Source: a virus | Length of the DNA: 64,000 nt | Strand: one strand, 5' to 3' | Virus record (IMG/VR): IMGVR_UViG_3300021479_000014 | Coordinates: 16,610 to 80,609 of that record | Part shown: positions 29,677-39,409 of the stretch, one piece after another | Layout: each line of letters begins with the position of its first letter | Numbering within the stretch: position 1 is the stretch's first letter | Notes under the pieces: model-generated | The model's database searches: none | The model's input: the letters and a program-made list of their open reading frames with translations, nothing else | Told to the model about the DNA's origin: nothing | Translations under genes and position numbers: made by a program

Positions 29677-30027
29677 GTGGCAAACTTCACGTACAAATCA
29701 TACAACTTTGTAGACAAAGATCCCATAATTGATGAGATAAGGACTGTCTATCAAGATAGCGGTGTGAATTATAGGTGGATTGAAGAAAATTCTGGTGTAA
29801 CTGCCCAGACATTATCTGCTTGGTTTAATGGCAGAACTAAGAAGCCACAGGCAGCAACCATCAACGCAGTTCTTCGATCATTAGGCTACAAGCTCGGTAT
29901 TGTTGAATATGGGAAACAACAAGTTAAAGTTTTTCCAGCAATGGAACAGCCAAAAACTTCTGTTAGACATCAAAATGTCGTAACAATCCAGAAATACAAC
30001 AAGTTCAAGAAAGCTAAAAGAAGATGA
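29677..30027 (+). CDS. XRE-like HTH protein
   Basis: SGVTAQTLSAWFNGRTKKPQAATINAVLRSLG; GTG start after aggag. Confidence 0.7.
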   Translation: MANFTYKSYNFVDKDPIIDEIRTVYQDSGVNYRWIEENSGVTAQTLSAWFNGRTKKPQAATINAVLRSLGYKLGIVEYGKQQVKVFPAMEQPKTSVRHQNVVTIQKYNKFKKAKRR

Positions 30028-30032
30028 AGAAT

Positions 30033-30196
30033 CCCACCGAGGATAAAACCCCGGCAGCGGACGCGTGATTACCGGCTAGTGATGGGTAACAGGATTGTGC
30101 CAGTACATGGCCAGACGTAGCAATAACGCCGTCGCATGTGACTCCAGGTTGCCTGTTATTTTGGCACTACAAGATGAGATTCAGGTCTTCGGTGGG
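30033..30196 (+). ncRNA. Putative ~165-nt rod-like structured RNA (strand uncertain)
   Basis: Closing helix cccaccgagga/tcttcggtggg and nested helices tagtg/cacta, gggtaacagg/cctgttattt, agtacatg/catgtgact, gacg/cgtc. Confidence 0.5.
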
Positions 30197-30300
30197 TGTG
30201 GTATCATTGCCTGTGAAATCTCATAACGTCACGTATTGGCGCTGCTATCGGAATGGGCCGGTAGCAGCGCCTCTTACTCTCAAACATCAGGAGAAATAAA

Positions 30301-30929
30301 ATGGGTAGACCAAAGAGAAAGATTCCAAAAAGCCCTGTACCAGTTAGTGAACAGGGTTATAAAAAATGCATCATGCAATTACGACATGCTGCTTTATATC
30401 AAAATTTAGAATTGAAAGATTTATTCAAGAAGAGTGATGAATGGTTATTAGACCAACCATATATCGGTATCAAATGTCTGTACGTGTTACGTCAAATCCA
30501 GCAAGGAGAAGTAAAATGAAATATAAGATAGAGTTCTCAGGTCAAGCTGAGCTTTTATTCTCAATGATGGCCAAACTACTGCCAGATGAGCTTAATGTAC
30601 ATGTGGAGGAAATACCTGATATACAACCAGGTAAAAGCTCTAAAGTTGCGCAACAGATGATATCTGCATTAGGTCCACCACAATTAGAAAAGCCAAAACG
30701 AGTAAAACATTTTATACATCCTACTGGAAAAACATCGTCTGATTTTATTCTTGAGTATTTACAAAAACATCAAACAGGACGATGGAGAGATATGAGTAAG
30801 CATCTTGTCAATATTGGTTATAATAAAAGTACAATCAATAATTCTGTAACCAGATTAAAGAGTAAGAAAATTATTGAACAAACAGGTATTGGTGTGTACA
30901 GATTGATAAAACAAGCCAAAGCCTCTTAA
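30301..30929 (+). CDS. Two ORFs: 30301-30519 hypothetical and 30516-30929 winged-helix-like
   Basis: SDs and ATGA coupling; GYNKSTINNSVTRLKSKKIIEQTGIGVYRL. Confidence 0.55.
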
Positions 30930-30959
30930 TCACATGTAGATCATGTATTATTATTCTAC

Positions 30960-30988
30960 TTGCGTCGCGAAGGAAAGTATGCTATTCT
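30960..30988 (+). promoter_or_regulatory. Promoter of the replication operon
   Basis: TTGCGT-cgcgaaggaaagtatgc-TATTCT. Confidence 0.6.
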
Positions 30989-31009
30989 AACCGTAGGAAG
31001 GAATGAGTA

Positions 31010-32158
31010 ATGGAATTGGCCAAGTTGTACAAGAAGGATGCATCAGGTAATACAAGAGTTTGGTGGGCAGAAGTAGGTGAGAGTCCTCATGAAGGTTATT
31101 GGCGCACCCATTCTGGTCGTATAGATGGACAAATATCTGTATCAGAATGGAAATGGGCTGCACCTAGATCTCAAGATACTGCTTATGATCAAGCGCATTT
31201 TTATGCTGCCGCAGCTATGGAAAAAAGATTGAAAACTGGCGACTATAAATCTAATGAGGAGAATATTGGAGAACAACGCTCCAGTATAATTAGTCCCATG
31301 CTTGCTCAACCTTATGCAGGTTGGCAACGTCCTTGTTATGCTCAACCCAAATTAGATGGAATACGTTGCCTAGCTAATAAAGATGGTCTATGGTCGCGCA
31401 CCAATAGACAATTGGTTGCCACACCGCATATAGAGGGAGAATTGAAAGAATTCTTTGTAGAATATCCTGATATAGTTCTTGATGGAGAACTATACAACCA
31501 TGATCTGCATGACAATTTCAATAAGATAATTTCACTTGCTAGAAAGACAACGCCAGATTTTGCGGAGCTAGAAGAATCAGCACAATTAATAGAATATTGG
31601 ATATATGATATGTATGATGCAACCTATCCCAATATTTTATTTGGAGATAGATGGCGTTTTCTATATGATAAATTATTCAATCTTGATCATAATATAAATA
31701 TGATCAGATCTGTTCCAACTAAATGGGTAAATTCAGAAGATGAACTAAACATATATAATATTGAATTGCTAACTAACGGCTATGAAGGCCAAATTGTGCG
31801 GCATAATACGCCATATGAGCAGAAGCGCACCAATAATCTTTTGAAGAGAAAGGAATTTGTTGACCAAGAATTTGAGCTTAAAGATATATTGGAAGGTCAA
31901 GGACAATGGACTGGATATGCGAAAATAGCTGTTTGTTCTTTGCCGGATGGTAGAGAATTTAGAGCTGGTATAAGTGGCACTCAAGAATTTAATTATCAAC
32001 TCTTATTGGAAAAAGACAAATATAAATCAGTTACAGTCAAATATCAAGCATTAACACCAGATGGTATTCCACGTTTCCCAATAGCAATTAAGTTCTATGA
32101 TGACATATTTGGTGGATTGGAAGAGAGAATCAAACCGCGAAAGGATCTGTTCGCATGA
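31010..32158 (+). CDS. lig: ATP-dependent DNA ligase
   Basis: PMLA, QPKLDGIRC (KxDG), LDGELY, YEGQIVR, LLKRK and PRFP motifs. Confidence 0.93.
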   Translation: MELAKLYKKDASGNTRVWWAEVGESPHEGYWRTHSGRIDGQISVSEWKWAAPRSQDTAYDQAHFYAAAAMEKRLKTGDYKSNEENIGEQRSSIISPMLAQPYAGWQRPCYAQPKLDGIRCLANKDGLWSRTNRQLVATPHIEGELKEFFVEYPDIVLDGELYNHDLHDNFNKIISLARKTTPDFAELEESAQLIEYWIYDMYDATYPNILFGDRWRFLYDKLFNLDHNINMIRSVPTKWVNSEDELNIYNIELLTNGYEGQIVRHNTPYEQKRTNNLLKRKEFVDQEFELKDILEGQGQWTGYAKIAVCSLPDGREFRAGISGTQEFNYQLLLEKDKYKSVTVKYQALTPDGIPRFPIAIKFYDDIFGGLEERIKPRKDLFA

Positions 32159-32982
32159 GTGATGCACACGCTAGAGACATTATGAATACAGCCGCATCTG
32201 GTAATCTTGTGCTAGATGATGAACTCCTAAAATTAGGAGGGATGGGCACTGAGAATGTCAAGGCTAAAGATGTTGTTATTCCTCGCCTAGTCATTCTGCA
32301 AGCTCTATCTCCACAACTCAATAAAAAGAAAGCTGAGTTTATTGAGGGCGCAGAGATTGGTGACTTTTGTAATGTTGCCACTGGCGACATTTACAAGGAA
32401 TCAATTCTTGTTGTTCCTTGCCATTTCGCTACAGCATATATGGAATGGACAAAGAACAGAGGTGGTCTAGCTGGTAACCACGGAGATGATCCTTCCATTC
32501 TAGCTAAAACAACTCAGAATGACAAACGAGAGAACATATTGCCTAATGGCAATGTGATTCAAGAACAGGCGCAATGGTTTTGCTTGGTACAAAATGGTGC
32601 GCAATGGCAGCGTTCATTCTTGCCACTAAAAGCAACCAATCTAAAACATAGCAGAAAATGGCTAACACTCTGTCAAACGGAGACAGTCCAACTTCCAAAT
32701 GGAGAGTTCTGGAAGCCACCTCTTTTTTGGCGTTCTTGGAAGCTCATTATTGTTGACGACAGTAATGACCAAGGAGACTGGGCGACATTCCGTCCAGAAA
32801 AAGGCGATTTAATAATGGATATTGATCCAAATCGCCAGCTTCTTAGAATGTGCAAATCATTCTACGAAGATATTAGAACTGAAAAGGTTCGTCCTGACAT
32901 CGAACAGACTCAGGATGAAGGTGGTCCTATTATTGAAGGTAGTAGGGCTAAAGGCCCTGATGACAAAGACGTAGCGTTTTGA
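32155..32982 (+). CDS. Putative ssDNA-binding / recombination protein
   Basis: IPRLVILQALSPQ family motif and an acidic tail ending in F; lies within the replication operon. Confidence 0.55.
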   Translation: MSDAHARDIMNTAASGNLVLDDELLKLGGMGTENVKAKDVVIPRLVILQALSPQLNKKKAEFIEGAEIGDFCNVATGDIYKESILVVPCHFATAYMEWTKNRGGLAGNHGDDPSILAKTTQNDKRENILPNGNVIQEQAQWFCLVQNGAQWQRSFLPLKATNLKHSRKWLTLCQTETVQLPNGEFWKPPLFWRSWKLIIVDDSNDQGDWATFRPEKGDLIMDIDPNRQLLRMCKSFYEDIRTEKVRPDIEQTQDEGGPIIEGSRAKGPDDKDVAF

Positions 32983-32993
32983 AAGGAGAAAGC

Positions 32994-33419
32994 ATGTCTG
33001 AAGAAAACGTTGAGCGCGCAACAATAGACATTGAAAATCTAATAAAAGGTGAAGCATCTAGGCCAAGATTTCTACGCCAAATAGAAGCAATACCAGTTAA
33101 AGAACCAATGCCTGAACCTAAACCACCTAAGATAGATCATACATATCTTCCTCTAGATGCCCTTGAGGAAGTATCACGTTCTCTTATGTATGGCGCTGCA
33201 AAACGAGAAGCTTGGAATTGGGCTGTAAATCCAATTAGCTGGACAGAACGTTTGGCTAAAGCGCAACGCCATATATTTGAATTCCAGAAAGGGATAAATA
33301 TTGATCCTGCTTCTGGAGATGCGCAACTTCAGCATCTTGCATGTGCCATAACTCAACTTATGTTCTTGCAGTCATATGTTATAAATGACGCAGGAACGGA
33401 CGATAGATTCAAGCGGTAA
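32994..33419 (+). CDS. dATP/dGTP diphosphohydrolase (DUF5664)
   Basis: LPLDALEEVSRSLMYGAAK...NW...RHI.EF.KG..IDP.SG...HLACA...LMFL. Confidence 0.8.
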   Translation: MSEENVERATIDIENLIKGEASRPRFLRQIEAIPVKEPMPEPKPPKIDHTYLPLDALEEVSRSLMYGAAKREAWNWAVNPISWTERLAKAQRHIFEFQKGINIDPASGDAQLQHLACAITQLMFLQSYVINDAGTDDRFKR

Positions 33420-33720
33420 TATTTATGGCGCGATCAGGCTACAGAAGCTTGGTGAGTGGACCTTATGCTTCGAGGACTAATTCCAGGAAAGTGGGAGGCA
33501 GCTTTCACTGGCGCGCCTATTTGGAGGATTAAAATGGCAAAAGACGTAGTGAATTATAAAGAGTTTGACTGCATAGATTGTCATTGCCACGTCTATACTT
33601 GGATGGATGATCCAAGAGATCGTTGTGCTGTCTGTACATGGATATACATGCAGCCCAATTTAACTAAAAGTGAAATCGCTGAAATACGGTTGATAACTGC
33701 AACACCAATCTTGGAGAAGA

Positions 33721-34458
33721 ATGATGACTAAAGAGACCATCTCAAAGTCTTATATTGATGGACAGAAAGTTCTCCATTCTGGAAAAAGAGCACCAGATAA
33801 TAGACTCATTGCAGTTACTGGTGCATATAAGGAAGGATCTATTGGCGAAGCAATTAAAGAAAAATTCTCAGATGCTAGATCATTTGATGGATATGATGTT
33901 ATACTTGACGATTTTGATTTTACTGGCTTTACAGATTTAGTTATGTGTCACGGATATACATATATGGATTGGTTAGAAGAAGTTCCTGATGAAGAAGTTG
34001 ATAAAATTATCAACGTTAATCTATATGGCTCTATAAGAGTGATCAAACAATTTGTAAACCAGACTATAGATGAACCATTTCGTAAGAAAATCATTTCTAT
34101 AGGATCAATGGCACATAATCACGTATTAAATGGAAGTGCAGCGTATTGTGCGTCCAAAGCAGGATTGAACCATTACATTAGGTGCGCAGCATGGGAGTTA
34201 GCGCCAAAAGCATATGACGTCTATTGCATTAACCCTTCCAATGTATTAGATGCACCTATGACAAAAGATACAATTAATCATTTGATGAACTATAGGCAGT
34301 TAACATTGGAACAAGCGTTAGAATATTGGGGTGCAAACAATCCAAGGGAAGTATTTTTGACAAAAGCTGAAATAGTAGATACAGTTCAACATTTACTCTT
34401 TATTGACAAAGGCTATCTTTCTGGAAATCCTATAGATATGGCAGGTGGACAACGCTGA
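33721..34458 (+). CDS. Short-chain dehydrogenase/reductase
   Basis: VTGA..GSIG, VNLYG, SIGS, AYCASKAG (YxxxK), ELAP. Confidence 0.85.
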   Translation: MMTKETISKSYIDGQKVLHSGKRAPDNRLIAVTGAYKEGSIGEAIKEKFSDARSFDGYDVILDDFDFTGFTDLVMCHGYTYMDWLEEVPDEEVDKIINVNLYGSIRVIKQFVNQTIDEPFRKKIISIGSMAHNHVLNGSAAYCASKAGLNHYIRCAAWELAPKAYDVYCINPSNVLDAPMTKDTINHLMNYRQLTLEQALEYWGANNPREVFLTKAEIVDTVQHLLFIDKGYLSGNPIDMAGGQR

Positions 34459-35018
34459 TGTCTGATACAGAAGATGTCCGTGATATGTTCGGATTCATAG
34501 CTCCATCCGAGGCGCAACTATCATCCATTTCTAAATGGGCACAAAAAGCCCTAGAGCTTCATGCTGAGATAGAACAAGCTGAAGCGCACCTTAAGGAACT
34601 GAATAGAGAGCTAGCTCAAATAGAGGAAATTGATCTGCCTAGAGCTATGATGACAGCAGGCTCTGCTGAATTCAAAATGGTAGGTGGTGGCAAGATAACT
34701 ATTAGCGATGAGATTCAAGGTAGTCTTGCCAAAGGTGAAGAGAAACGAGAATATGCTATTGATTGGGTAGCAAAGAATGATGGTGCAGATCTTATTAAGA
34801 GGCATTTTGAAATTGACTATACAAGAGGTCAACTTTCTTATGCTACAGCATTTCGTGAACTTCTGCAAAAGAATCAAGTGCATTTTGATGAGTTCGAATC
34901 AATACATACCAGTACATTTAAGTCGTTCTTACATGAGAAGCTAAGAAAAGGTGTGACGCCACCTTTTGATAAGATGGGCTTTCGCTACTTCAAAAAAGCT
35001 AACATCAAGACAAAGTAA
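34458..35018 (+). CDS. Conserved phage protein (coiled-coil N-terminus)
   Basis: DLP.AM...G..EFK...G.KITI pattern; position within the operon. Confidence 0.55.
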   Translation: MSDTEDVRDMFGFIAPSEAQLSSISKWAQKALELHAEIEQAEAHLKELNRELAQIEEIDLPRAMMTAGSAEFKMVGGGKITISDEIQGSLAKGEEKREYAIDWVAKNDGADLIKRHFEIDYTRGQLSYATAFRELLQKNQVHFDEFESIHTSTFKSFLHEKLRKGVTPPFDKMGFRYFKKANIKTK

Positions 35019-35027
35019 GAGCTAATC

Positions 35028-35909
35028 ATGACAGAGATCCATATAATCGGTGCGGGTATGGCAGGACTACTGGCAGCCAATATTTTGAGGCGCCACAAAG
35101 TAACTGTACTTGAAAGACAAAATGAATTGCCTAACAATCATCATGCTGTATTGCGCTTCAAATCAGATGAAATTGGACATCTCTTGGGTATTCCATTTAA
35201 AAAAGTTAATATGATTAAGACAGTTGCATCATATACTAATAATATAGTGGCAGATAGTCTATCTTATTCAAAGAAAGTAACTGGTAAGTATTTGTCAAAT
35301 AGATCTATTATTGATGGAACTGTTACTGCTGAGCGTTGGATTGCTCCAGAAAATCTAATCGAACAGATGGCTGAATCTGTTCAAATTTCTTTTGGTACAG
35401 AATGGACGCCTAGAGTAAAAGCGCAAATTCCAATACCTGTTATATCAACAATACCTATGCCACAACTAATGAATATACTAGGTTATGAATGTGAGGAGTT
35501 TTTCACAAGTATACCAGGTGTAGTATTTACTGGCACAATACAAAATTGTGATGCTTATTGTTCAATTTTATTTCCTGGACCAGAACCCTTTAGTCGCGCC
35601 ACTATTACTGGAGATCAATTAATAATAGAATTTCCAGGTATGGAAGAAGTACCAGAAAGTCTGGATATAGCTAAAGCCTATTGGCAATTAGGTTTTTCGG
35701 ATGCTGTTATTCTTGACGCAGAATTCAGTAATCAGCCATACTTCAAAATTACAGAAATAGATGAAGCAGAAAGAAAAGCATTCCAGCGTTGGGCAACTGT
35801 CACGTACGGGGTCTATTCTCTGGGGCGTTACGCGACTTGGAGACCAAAGTTACTACTTGATGATCTCGTAGATGATATTCGCAAAATAGAAGGATGGATC
35901 TGCAAATGA
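35028..35909 (+). CDS. FAD/NAD-dependent oxidoreductase
   Basis: IIGAGMAGLLAA Rossmann motif, VISTIPMP and YSLGRYATWR. Confidence 0.8.
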   Translation: MTEIHIIGAGMAGLLAANILRRHKVTVLERQNELPNNHHAVLRFKSDEIGHLLGIPFKKVNMIKTVASYTNNIVADSLSYSKKVTGKYLSNRSIIDGTVTAERWIAPENLIEQMAESVQISFGTEWTPRVKAQIPIPVISTIPMPQLMNILGYECEEFFTSIPGVVFTGTIQNCDAYCSILFPGPEPFSRATITGDQLIIEFPGMEEVPESLDIAKAYWQLGFSDAVILDAEFSNQPYFKITEIDEAERKAFQRWATVTYGVYSLGRYATWRPKLLLDDLVDDIRKIEGWICK

Positions 35910-36418
35910 AAAAACACGGTCTAGGTGATGCTCCAATAGAGCCAGAATATGAACAGAAGATGAATGAACTAGCTATGTTCATCGATACATATTTTAACGG
36001 AAGTCAGCATAATAAGAAAGTAGGCTTCTGTCTAATGGTATTTCCATTTGAAGGGTTTGAGGGACGTGCCAATTATATCTCTAACGCTCAACGCAGCGAT
36101 ATAGTGACGTTGCTTAAAGAACAAATTAAACGTTTTGAAGGTATGGCAGATCAAACAGGGAGGGCATAAATGATCAAAGCAACTGCAAAACAGGCTAATG
36201 GAAAAGATCTATTGATAATTGGTCTAAGTTTCGGAAATCTTGATAAGTTCCGTGCTGAGCCAGGAGATACATTCATCAAAATTCTTGGCGAAAATATGGG
36301 CATATCTATGGATGTTTTGATATTCTCTGGTCAAACTGAAGCGCATATGCAAGGTTTAATGTCAAAAATGATCGGTCCAGATACTAAGCTCCATATTGAT
36401 CCAAAACTAAAGAGCTAA
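35894..36418 (+). CDS. Two hypothetical ORFs (35894/35906-36169, 36170-36418)
   Basis: Coupled ORFs within the operon. Confidence 0.55.
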
Positions 36419-36430
36419 TGGAGGTAGCAA

Positions 36431-37174
36431 ATGCAAGTGACTCTCTTTGATGGAACAGGCTTTGGCGCTCCAAATCCAGAACGCCACGCAGCTAATGTGA
36501 TTGTTTTCACAAGAAATACTCGATTGAAGATGACGCCAGGAGGCTTCGCTGCTGTTCAAGAAAAGCCAGATTATGAAATTCTAAAAGAACTCAAAGAGGC
36601 AGCTAACACGCTGCCTTCATCATGGGAGTTTGTTCACTTCTCATTTCTAATCGAAGGCGTCACAAGAGCTTTTACCCATCAATTGGTGCGCACCAGAACT
36701 GCCAGTTATGCTCAACAAGCTCTGCGTATTGTAGAAGTGACAGACTTTCAATACTCAACAGGACCAACAATAGCAAACGACAGATTGATAAAAGGTGCGT
36801 ACCATAATACAATGGAAAATGCTCATCAGTGTTATAAATTCTTGATAGAAGCAGGTGCCAGCACAGAAGATGCACGTGGCGTTCTTCCTATGAACATTCA
36901 TACAAATATCTGCATGTCTATCAACATGCGAAACTTTATTAACTTGACTCGTAAGCGCGTCAGTAAACGAGTGCAAGATGAATACAGAAGCGTACTGGAC
37001 GCCTGTATAATGCAAGTTGAAAAAGTCTATCCATGGTTCTATCTATTTTATAAAAATGATGCATTTAAAGCTAGGAAAGACTTGCAGGATATGATATGGG
37101 AGAATAAGTATCTTACGCCTGAAGACAAAACAAACATGGTCAAGAAACTCGATATAATGATGCCGGACCTGTAA
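36431..37174 (+). CDS. thyX: Flavin-dependent thymidylate synthase (atypical motif)
   Basis: EFVHFSFLIEGVTRAFTHQLVRTRTASYAQQALR...EDARGVLP...N.R..R..Q.E. Confidence 0.85.
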   Translation: MQVTLFDGTGFGAPNPERHAANVIVFTRNTRLKMTPGGFAAVQEKPDYEILKELKEAANTLPSSWEFVHFSFLIEGVTRAFTHQLVRTRTASYAQQALRIVEVTDFQYSTGPTIANDRLIKGAYHNTMENAHQCYKFLIEAGASTEDARGVLPMNIHTNICMSINMRNFINLTRKRVSKRVQDEYRSVLDACIMQVEKVYPWFYLFYKNDAFKARKDLQDMIWENKYLTPEDKTNMVKKLDIMMPDL

Positions 37175-37359
37175 ATGGATAAACCTAAACTTAGCTGGGC
37201 TGAGACCAATAGTTTAGATGTCTCGGCCTGTTATCAGCAAGGCAAAGTGGCGCGACAGAAGAATGAAAGTAGATTCAAAAATCCCTATACGAATGAAAAA
37301 TTCGTATTCGAGAAGTATTGGGATCAAGGTTGGGTTGATGAGGACGATCTAATCAATAA

Positions 37360-37788
37360 ATGATAATACTGGTTGACATTGATCATACTGTTGCAAACGC
37401 CTTCTGGCGCGACGGTATGATTGGGACTGAAACTTGGGATTACTATCACGAGCAGTCTAAATTCGACAAGCCATTTAAGAACGTAGTGAATTTATTAAAT
37501 GCTTTATCCAATTCTGGATATAATATAATGGGCATAACAGGGAGGAATGAAAAACATAGACAATTGACTGTTGCTTGGTTAGTACAGAACAAAGTTGATA
37601 TAGATGAATTATTGATGCGCCCAGATGATGACTATACTAAGAATGGAGAACTAAAAGTCAAACTAATACAGGAATACTTCAAAGGAGACTTCAAAGAAAT
37701 ACACTTCCTTATTGATGATAATGAAGATGCAATCCTAGCGTTTATGGCTATAGGTATCGCAACACTCCAGATAAGGAACATAAGATGA
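37360..37788 (+). CDS. HAD-family phosphatase (polynucleotide-kinase 3'-phosphatase-like)
   Basis: VDIDHT, TGR, LLMRP and IDD motifs. Confidence 0.8.
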   Translation: MIILVDIDHTVANAFWRDGMIGTETWDYYHEQSKFDKPFKNVVNLLNALSNSGYNIMGITGRNEKHRQLTVAWLVQNKVDIDELLMRPDDDYTKNGELKVKLIQEYFKGDFKEIHFLIDDNEDAILAFMAIGIATLQIRNIR

Positions 37789-38660
37789 TCGTATTCGAGA
37801 TGCCATGTCACAGAGGTCATCTATTAGCGCACATTGTTACTGTGGCAAGAAACACTAAATCTGACAAAATTGCTTTTGCAGTTGCTACAAATGGCAAAGA
37901 AATGCATGGTAGGGAAGATTATAACATACTTACTCATAATTTTGCTTCTGAATATATCCCAAACGAAATTACAGATCCTTGGGTCTCAATGGTAGAGTTG
38001 CGCGCCAATGCAAATAAAGTGGCCACTAAATATTTTGACTACCAATATAGAATTATGGGTGATCATAACTTTATATTTAAGGATGGTTGGGAAGACTATA
38101 TACTTGAAGCTGTTGACGATATGAAAAGATTTTCCAATCTAGTTAAACGACCTTGCTACATGGGTATGGGTGGTGCTTTTGGATCATATGGTCACGGACG
38201 AAAAGCATTTATTGGTCCGCAGCCTATATTTCCATGCGGTAGAGGGATCATCTATAATATGCCATTTGTTTGGGAGTTTATGGAGAGATTGCCTTGTGCT
38301 GGAGAAGAACAGTACATGACATCAATTCTATTCAAACGAGGCCATGTTCCGCTTAGAAAGATGATGAGTCCAATTCATCATACGATGAATACTAATCGCT
38401 CTGTATTGGATAATATAAATACTGATGTATACAATCCAGAACTTATTAGGCAAATTTGGAATGATCCTAATTGGATGTTTACACCCAAATATTCTAATAC
38501 GCGCAGCCCTCCTCCTGGGCGCTACTTTGCTCATTGTCCAAGAAATGCTATGAAAGAAATGGCAAAATTAAAAGCTTTTTTGTTAACACTTCCAGGTGTA
38601 GAAGAATTCACTAGACCAGACTATGGGATAAAACTGAAAGGAAAGGATCTATTCATATGA
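37785..38660 (+). CDS. Glycosyltransferase-like protein (GT-A-like), ends KDLFI
   Basis: R..A...A...YQYRIMGDHNFIFKDG...GRGII...GEE..M...G.V..R.M..PI.H; collinear with 39406-40212. Confidence 0.45.
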   Translation: MIVFEMPCHRGHLLAHIVTVARNTKSDKIAFAVATNGKEMHGREDYNILTHNFASEYIPNEITDPWVSMVELRANANKVATKYFDYQYRIMGDHNFIFKDGWEDYILEAVDDMKRFSNLVKRPCYMGMGGAFGSYGHGRKAFIGPQPIFPCGRGIIYNMPFVWEFMERLPCAGEEQYMTSILFKRGHVPLRKMMSPIHHTMNTNRSVLDNINTDVYNPELIRQIWNDPNWMFTPKYSNTRSPPPGRYFAHCPRNAMKEMAKLKAFLLTLPGVEEFTRPDYGIKLKGKDLFI

Positions 38661-39409
38661 TTCTTCTTAATAAAGAAATTGAACCTTTATTCTGGACTCC
38701 TAGTCGTCTTGATAAAGATAGTTCTTGGTGGGGTCATGTGCCATTTGCCCATTGGATGGTATCAAATTGTAAACCTCGTAGCCTAGTTGAATTAGGAACT
38801 GAGAAAGGCGTATCTTACGCAGCTTTCTGTGATGCAATAGCTAAGTCATATATTTTCAAAGCTAAACTTTTTGCTGTTGATACTTGGAAAGGAGATAATC
38901 ATACAGGATCGTATGATGATAGTGTTTATCAAGAATTATATGAATTCAATGATGCTCATTATTCTAGTTTTTCCAAATTATTACGTATGACTTTTGATGA
39001 TGCACTAGATGTATTTTTTGATCATACAATAGATATTCTTCATATAGATGGATATCACACATATAATGCTATTAGTCACGACTTTAATAGCTGGCGTATA
39101 AAGCTCTCTGATAGAGCAGTTGTTCTTATCCATGATACCAATATACGGAATAAAGAGGATTTTGGTGTTTGGAAATTTTTTGAAGAATTAACACAAAAAT
39201 TTCCAACTTTTAATTTCCTCCATTCTTATGGTCTTGGTATTGTCGCAATTGGTAGTGATCCTCCACAATCAATTATAGATTTATGCTCATTAAGTGATAG
39301 TGATATAGAAAAAGTCAGTAATATCTTTGCGCATTTAGGAGCGATTTGGGTTGGTGTAAACCGTTCTTATCGCTCATTAGATCTTCTTAATGGTGGGAGC
39401 ATACGATGA
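38657..39409 (+). CDS. Class I SAM-dependent methyltransferase (Methyltransf_24-like)
   Basis: WWGHVPFA...VELGTEKGVS...AVDTWKGD...IDILHIDGYHTY...IHD...GVWKF. Confidence 0.85.
   Translation: MILLNKEIEPLFWTPSRLDKDSSWWGHVPFAHWMVSNCKPRSLVELGTEKGVSYAAFCDAIAKSYIFKAKLFAVDTWKGDNHTGSYDDSVYQELYEFNDAHYSSFSKLLRMTFDDALDVFFDHTIDILHIDGYHTYNAISHDFNSWRIKLSDRAVVLIHDTNIRNKEDFGVWKFFEELTQKFPTFNFLHSYGLGIVAIGSDPPQSIIDLCSLSDSDIEKVSNIFAHLGAIWVGVNRSYRSLDLLNGGSIR

Noticed and set aside
32994-33419. DUF5664 as evidence of a 2-aminoadenine or 7-deazaguanine genome
   Set aside because: No PurZ, DpdA or Que/FolE genes were recognised in the window.
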